Below are positions 59,324-64,000 of a stretch of DNA of 64,000 bases, in pieces. Location: assembly GCA_963663965.2 (NCBI GenBank), contig CAXXFK010000031.1, positions 1 to 64,000 on the forward strand, in the 5' to 3' direction. The stretch comes from Sedimentisphaerales bacterium (lineage in GTDB: Bacteria; Planctomycetota; Phycisphaerae; Sedimentisphaerales; SM23-30). Made by a program: the position numbers and the translations under genes. Under the pieces are notes generated by a model. The model made no database searches, was not told the DNA's origin, and saw only the letters and a program-made list of their open reading frames with translations. The first letter of the stretch is position 1, and each line of letters starts with the position of its first letter.

Positions 59324-60883
59324 ATGGTGCAGATAACCCTAGATGATCGAACAGTCACTATCGAAGCCGGGGCGACCATTCTGGATGCGGCCAGGAAGGC
59401 TGGAGTCCATATTCCAACACTCTGTTATCTGGAAGACTGTCAACCTCAAACCTCCTGTATGGTCTGTGTCGTTCGTTTGGAACCGGGCGGTAAACTAGTC
59501 CCGGCGTGCGCCTATCCGGTGAGCGATGGACTCCGGGTGAGCAGTGAAGTCGATGAGGTTTTAACCATCCGCAAACGCAATCTGGAACTCCTGTTGAGTG
59601 AACACCTGGGCGATTGTGAAGGGCCCTGTACCTCGGCCTGCCCCGCCGGTATGCAGATTCCGTTGATGATTCGACAGATTGCTACTGGTGATCTGGAAGG
59701 GGCAATTAAAACGATTAAACGAGATATTCCTTTACCGGCGATTTTAGGTCGAATCTGTCCGGCGCCTTGTGAGGGTATCTGCCGGCGGAAATATCACGAT
59801 GAGGCATTGGCTATCTGCCAACTGAAACGATTTGTCGCCGATTGGGATTTGGCTAATGAGCAGCCATATTTGCCAGAAATCCATGGCGATTCCGGTAAAA
59901 AGGTTGCAATAGTGGGTACCGGACCGGCCGGATTATCCGGAGCCTGGTTTTTACGGACCATGGGACATTCCTGTCAGGTTTTTGAAGAACAGGATCGTCC
60001 TGGCGGACGGCTTTATGAATCCGGAACTGACAGATTATCAGAAGAGACCGTACTGGCTGAAATCCGGGTCATTGAATCACTAGGTTGTTCCATACAGTTG
60101 AATACAAAAATTGGCAGAGACATCACATTAGAAAATTTACGAAGGCAGTATGATGCGGTTTTAATCGCCACAGGAGATGGACACCTGGATGGGCTGGTAT
60201 ACCATGATACAGGATTGAAGGTTGACATGAAAACCATGCAAACCAGCCTGGAAGGTGTATTCGCAGCAGGCAATGTGATACGCAAGGGACGAATCGCCAT
60301 TCGATCCATAGGCCAGGCTAAAAACGCAACCAGATCCATTGACAATTATCTGAGGGGTGATAAACAAGATGGCTTGAGAGAAGCGTTTACATGTCATATT
60401 GGGAAAATTCGAGATGAAGAAATCAGGACGTTTGCAGATGCAGCATCCCAAAGAGGAAGGGTATTGACAAAAGAACAAAAATACGAGGCATTGACCAAAG
60501 AACAAAGCGCCTGGGAGGCCCAGCGGTGTCTGAGATGCGATTGTCGAAAAGCGAGTGATTGCCGGTTACGCCAGGTATGCCAGGATTATGAGATTATGGC
60601 CCCTAAACTTAAAGATAACAGGCCAGCATTCGAACAAGCTATTCAAATAAACAGTAAAAATGCCCGTAAAGTGGTTTATGAAAAGGGTAAATGTATACGA
60701 TGCGGGCTATGTGTTCAGATTACAACTCGAGAGGAAGAGCGCTATGGCTTGTCCTTTACGGGTAGAGGATTTGAAGCGTTTATCGCCGTGCCGCTTGATC
60801 ATAGCTTGGATGAGGCGTTAACCCGTTCGGCCGAAGCTTGTGTAAGAGCCTGCCCGACTGCCGCGTTGGCATTTCTTGAATAG
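59324..60883 (+). CDS. NuoG-N-terminal [2Fe-2S] / GltD-NfnB-like FAD-Fe-S / ferredoxin fusion
   Basis: IPTLCY..SCMVC..C, PCTSACPAG..GRICPAPCE, VAIVGTGPAG, GVFAAGN, CLRCDC and CIRCGLC..CVRACP. Confidence 0.88.
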   Translation: MVQITLDDRTVTIEAGATILDAARKAGVHIPTLCYLEDCQPQTSCMVCVVRLEPGGKLVPACAYPVSDGLRVSSEVDEVLTIRKRNLELLLSEHLGDCEGPCTSACPAGMQIPLMIRQIATGDLEGAIKTIKRDIPLPAILGRICPAPCEGICRRKYHDEALAICQLKRFVADWDLANEQPYLPEIHGDSGKKVAIVGTGPAGLSGAWFLRTMGHSCQVFEEQDRPGGRLYESGTDRLSEETVLAEIRVIESLGCSIQLNTKIGRDITLENLRRQYDAVLIATGDGHLDGLVYHDTGLKVDMKTMQTSLEGVFAAGNVIRKGRIAIRSIGQAKNATRSIDNYLRGDKQDGLREAFTCHIGKIRDEEIRTFADAASQRGRVLTKEQKYEALTKEQSAWEAQRCLRCDCRKASDCRLRQVCQDYEIMAPKLKDNRPAFEQAIQINSKNARKVVYEKGKCIRCGLCVQITTREEERYGLSFTGRGFEAFIAVPLDHSLDEALTRSAEACVRACPTAALAFLE

Positions 60884-60926
60884 AAAAACCTGGTATACCC
60901 GATTCGATGGCAGATGTTTAAATTCC

Positions 60927-60955
60927 TTGACAGGGAGTTAGTTTATTATTAGAAT
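60927..60955 (+). promoter_or_regulatory. Putative sigma70 promoter of accBC-pfk
   Basis: TTGACA-17bp-TAGAAT. Confidence 0.6.
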
Positions 60956-61151
60956 TTCGCTCAATTTGGCATTTACTGCAAAAAGCCAATCGCGCCCTAA
61001 CTGCTTTATTTTACAGTAGATAATTTACGCAACGCTGTAAAAAGATGAAAAGCAGTCAGTTGGGCTTGTGTAAAATCAGAAATTATTGACAGCTATTGAA
61101 ATGACTTGATATTGATTTTCAATGCACATATCAATGCAGGAGACTGAGCTG

Positions 61152-61622
61152 ATGGATATTGATAAAATCAAGGATTTGATGGAAATGATGAAGGCCAACG
61201 ACCTGAGCGAACTGGAAGTCGTTGATGGTCAGACTCGTATTGTGTTGAAGCGTAGCCGGGAAGCGAATGGCGTGCCAGTGGTCGTCCATTCATCTGTTAG
61301 TCCAGTAGCGGTTCCTTCTGCTCAAGTTTCATCTGCGGCCATGCCGGCAACACCAGAAACTCCCAAACAGCCGGCGGCAAATTTATTAGAAATCAAATCG
61401 CCGATCGTCGGTACCTTTTATACCTCGCCCAGCCCCAATGCGGATCCATTTGTCAAAGTTGGCCAGCATGTGGATGACGAAACAGTCGTCTGTATTGTAG
61501 AAGCGATGAAAGTCATGAACGAGGTGAAAGCAGAAGTAAGAGGAACCATCAAAAAAGTATTAACCTCGAACGGACAAGCCGTTGAATTTGGACAACCTCT
61601 ATTTCTGGTTGAACCGGATTAA
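61152..61622 (+). CDS. accB: Acetyl-CoA carboxylase biotin carboxyl carrier protein
   Basis: SPIVGTFY and the EAMKVMNE biotinylation motif; AGGAG RBS. Confidence 0.97.
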   Translation: MDIDKIKDLMEMMKANDLSELEVVDGQTRIVLKRSREANGVPVVVHSSVSPVAVPSAQVSSAAMPATPETPKQPAANLLEIKSPIVGTFYTSPSPNADPFVKVGQHVDDETVVCIVEAMKVMNEVKAEVRGTIKKVLTSNGQAVEFGQPLFLVEPD

Positions 61623-61680
61623 TTTAAACCCGTATCGTGAAATAAAGAAAACATTCAACTGGGTAGTAATTAAGGGCACT

Positions 61681-63018
61681 ATGTTTTCAAGAATATTAGT
61701 AGCAAATCGTGGTGAAATTGCCTTGCGGATAATACGCGCCTGTCGTGAGTTGGGTGTTCAGACCGTGGTGGTCTATTCGGAGGCAGACCGAGGCGCCTCA
61801 TATCTGGACCTGGCAGACGAAAAGGTCTGTATTGGTCCGGCGCCGGCAACAGACAGTTACCTGAACATTCCGAGAATTATCAGCGCCGCAGAAATCACCA
61901 ATGTTGAGGCAATCCACCCGGGTTATGGTTTTCTTGCTGAAAACGCCCATTTTGCGGAAGTCTGCCGTGATTGCAAGATTACCTTTATAGGTCCAACCCC
62001 GGAAACCATTAAGGCGCTGGGTGACAAGGTAGAAGCGCGCAACCTGGCCAAACAAGCCAATGTACCCATTGTGCCAGGCTCTGAAGGGCCGGTTCGAAAT
62101 GAAGAGGAGGCAGTCAGGCTGGCCGCAGAGATCGGCTATCCGGTGATTGTCAAGGCTTCGGCCGGTGGCGGCGGGCGCGGGATGCGAATCGCACATAACG
62201 AAATGAATCTACGAACCGGATTTCACAGCGCACAGGCAGAAGCCGGTAGTGCGTTTAATAATCCGGAAGTATTTATTGAAAAATATCTGGAGCATGCCAG
62301 GCATGTTGAAGTTCAGATACTGGCAGATCAGCATGGTAATGTGATTCATTTATGGGAACGCGACTGCAGTTTGCAACGGCGTCATCAGAAAGTGGTTGAG
62401 GAGAGCCCCAGTCCGGCACTGGACCAGAAAACCCGTGAAGCGTTGTGTGAAAGCGCCGTTCGACTGGCAAAAGAGGTAGGCTATGTCAATGCCGGAACCG
62501 TTGAATTTTTGATGGATAAAAATAAGAATTTCTTTTTTGGTGAGGTCAATACCCGCATTCAGGTGGAACATCCCGTTACGGAGATGGTAACCGGGGTTGA
62601 CCTGTTAAAATGGCAGTTGCGGATCGCGACAGGTGAGAAATTAACGTTAAAACAGAAAGACATTAAACAGCGTGGCGCTGCGATTGAATGTCGAATCAAC
62701 GCAGAGGATCCATATAACAAGTTCAGACCCAGTCCGGGCCCCATAGAACGATTTATTGCTCCGGGTGGGTATGGTGTGCGACTGGATAGTCACGCACACA
62801 GCGGTTATACAATTACGCCTCGTTATGATTCGATGATTGGCAAATTGATTGTGCATCAACCCAGCCGGGCCGAAGCTATTGCCTGTATGAAACGATGTCT
62901 GGAGGAGTTTGAGATCGGACCGATTAAAACGACCATTCCAATCTGCCGGGAAATCATGTCGCATCCGACATACATCAAAGGCGAGGTGGACACCGGGTTT
63001 ATTGAACGCACCTGGTAA
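61681..63018 (+). CDS. accC: Acetyl-CoA carboxylase biotin carboxylase subunit
   Basis: [39 protein letters not shown] and [12 protein letters not shown]. Confidence 0.97.
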   Translation: MFSRILVANRGEIALRIIRACRELGVQTVVVYSEADRGASYLDLADEKVCIGPAPATDSYLNIPRIISAAEITNVEAIHPGYGFLAENAHFAEVCRDCKITFIGPTPETIKALGDKVEARNLAKQANVPIVPGSEGPVRNEEEAVRLAAEIGYPVIVKASAGGGGRGMRIAHNEMNLRTGFHSAQAEAGSAFNNPEVFIEKYLEHARHVEVQILADQHGNVIHLWERDCSLQRRHQKVVEESPSPALDQKTREALCESAVRLAKEVGYVNAGTVEFLMDKNKNFFFGEVNTRIQVEHPVTEMVTGVDLLKWQLRIATGEKLTLKQKDIKQRGAAIECRINAEDPYNKFRPSPGPIERFIAPGGYGVRLDSHAHSGYTITPRYDSMIGKLIVHQPSRAEAIACMKRCLEEFEIGPIKTTIPICREIMSHPTYIKGEVDTGFIERTW

Positions 63019-63141
63019 ATCGAATTTAATGAGCATGGTACGCGATAATCAGCCGACAAGCTGTTGTCGCTCAAAAATAATTACTTTACAATATGTTCCC
63101 GCGTTCTCAGGAAGCGGGCCGAAAATGACAGGAGTGAATTA

Positions 63142-64000
63142 ATGAGTCAGTTAAAAGGTAATGCCATTGTAGGCCAGTCAGGTGGACCAACCTGCGTAAT
63201 TAACCAGTCGTTGGTGGGAGTGATCGAAGAAAGTTTTGATCATGATTGTATTGAAACGTTGTATGGTTCCCGCCATGGTTCCCGAGGAATATTAAATGAA
63301 GATTTCATCGATTTAAAAGCATTGGCATCACAAAATGCCCCAGCCGGCCAGAAATATAATAAGGATTTTCTGGAACGGGTTGCTTTTACCCCATCGGCAG
63401 CGTTGGGTTCAACCCGCGATAAACCCGATGAAGCCTACTGTAAAAAGGTATTTGATGTTTTTCAGAACCATAACATTCGATATTTCTTTTACGCGGGTGG
63501 TAATGATTCGTCCGATACCGCGCGAATTATCCGGGATATGGGTGTTAAAGCCGGTTATGAATTGAAAGTCTTTCATATACCCAAGACCATTGACAATGAT
63601 TTGTGTGGTATTGATCATTGCCCGGGATTTGGCTCCGCCGCTAAATTTGTTATCCAGGCGGTCATGGGCGATAATCAGGACAGTCGGTCGCTGCCCGGTA
63701 TCAAGGTGGATATTATCATGGGTCGCCATGCCGGTTTTCTGACCGCGGCGTCAATGATGGCACGGCAAAGGCCGGAAGATGGTCCGCATTTGATCTATGT
63801 GCCTGAAAGCAAAATTTCGATGGAACAAATTATCGGTGATGTCAAAGCCGCCAAGGCTAAGTATGGCCGTTGTCTGGTTGTCGTCAGTGAGGGGATTAAT
63901 GATGAGAATGGCACCCCATGGGCGAAACGAATGAGTGAAAATGTGGAAAAAGACGCTCACGGGAATATCCAGCTTTCCGGAAGCGGCGCCCTGGGTGATT
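63142..64000 (+). CDS. 6-phosphofructokinase family protein, probably PPi-dependent; truncated by the window end
   Basis: MSQLKGNAIVGQSGGPT, LGSTR, GGNDS, PKTIDND, MGRHAG and VSEG; no stop seen before the window end; AGGAG RBS. Confidence 0.93.
   Translation, partial: MSQLKGNAIVGQSGGPTCVINQSLVGVIEESFDHDCIETLYGSRHGSRGILNEDFIDLKALASQNAPAGQKYNKDFLERVAFTPSAALGSTRDKPDEAYCKKVFDVFQNHNIRYFFYAGGNDSSDTARIIRDMGVKAGYELKVFHIPKTIDNDLCGIDHCPGFGSAAKFVIQAVMGDNQDSRSLPGIKVDIIMGRHAGFLTAASMMARQRPEDGPHLIYVPESKISMEQIIGDVKAAKAKYGRCLVVVSEGINDENGTPWAKRMSENVEKDAHGNIQLSGSGALGD

Noticed and set aside
8827..62196. Many long antisense or overlapping ORFs in the track (e.g. 8827-9621, 42640-43410, 54885-55751)
   Set aside because: They are shadow frames of well-supported genes, with no motifs or RBS.

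Overview
The window is most likely from an anaerobic Planctomycetota genome (Phycisphaerae/Sedimentisphaerales-like). This is inferred from H-X9-DG prepilin-type genes, dockerin-like repeats, WxxFRG beta-propellers and a group A3 [FeFe]-hydrogenase. 1-4.2 kb holds the tail of an RHS polymorphic toxin/immunity locus, followed by a repeat-rich spacer. 4.9-10.2 kb holds a two-domain sialidase-like gene split by an ISL3 element (8-bp TSD) and a GH29 fucosidase. 10.5-14.7 kb holds a GCGEQ thioester alpha-2-macroglobulin. 15.8-28.1 kb is a co-oriented block: ECF sigma, FecR/NPCBM anti-sigma, LamG protein, CotH/lamin-tail protein and two H-X9-DG pilin-like genes. 28.8-39.7 kb holds a sulfatase, a PPOX-like gene, an ACT protein, a MITE, apbE, an EF-G paralog, a DUF1080-PHP fusion and a lyase-like protein. 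39.9-60.9 kb is the best candidate for an undescribed system. There, a HydABC electron-bifurcating hydrogenase operon lies divergent from an operon encoding a MacB/LolCDE-type ABC transporter, PQQ-like beta-propellers, a CGCC-motif NHL protein, a NapGH-like Fe-S pair and a NuoE-NuoF fusion, plus a GltD/NfnB-like subunit lacking its NAD(P)-binding domain. A Cys-rich PhnD-like/propeller lipoprotein flanks the other side. accB, accC and a partial pfk end the window. About ten apparent single-base indels, mostly in homopolymers and mostly in the first 15 kb, are probably assembly errors.
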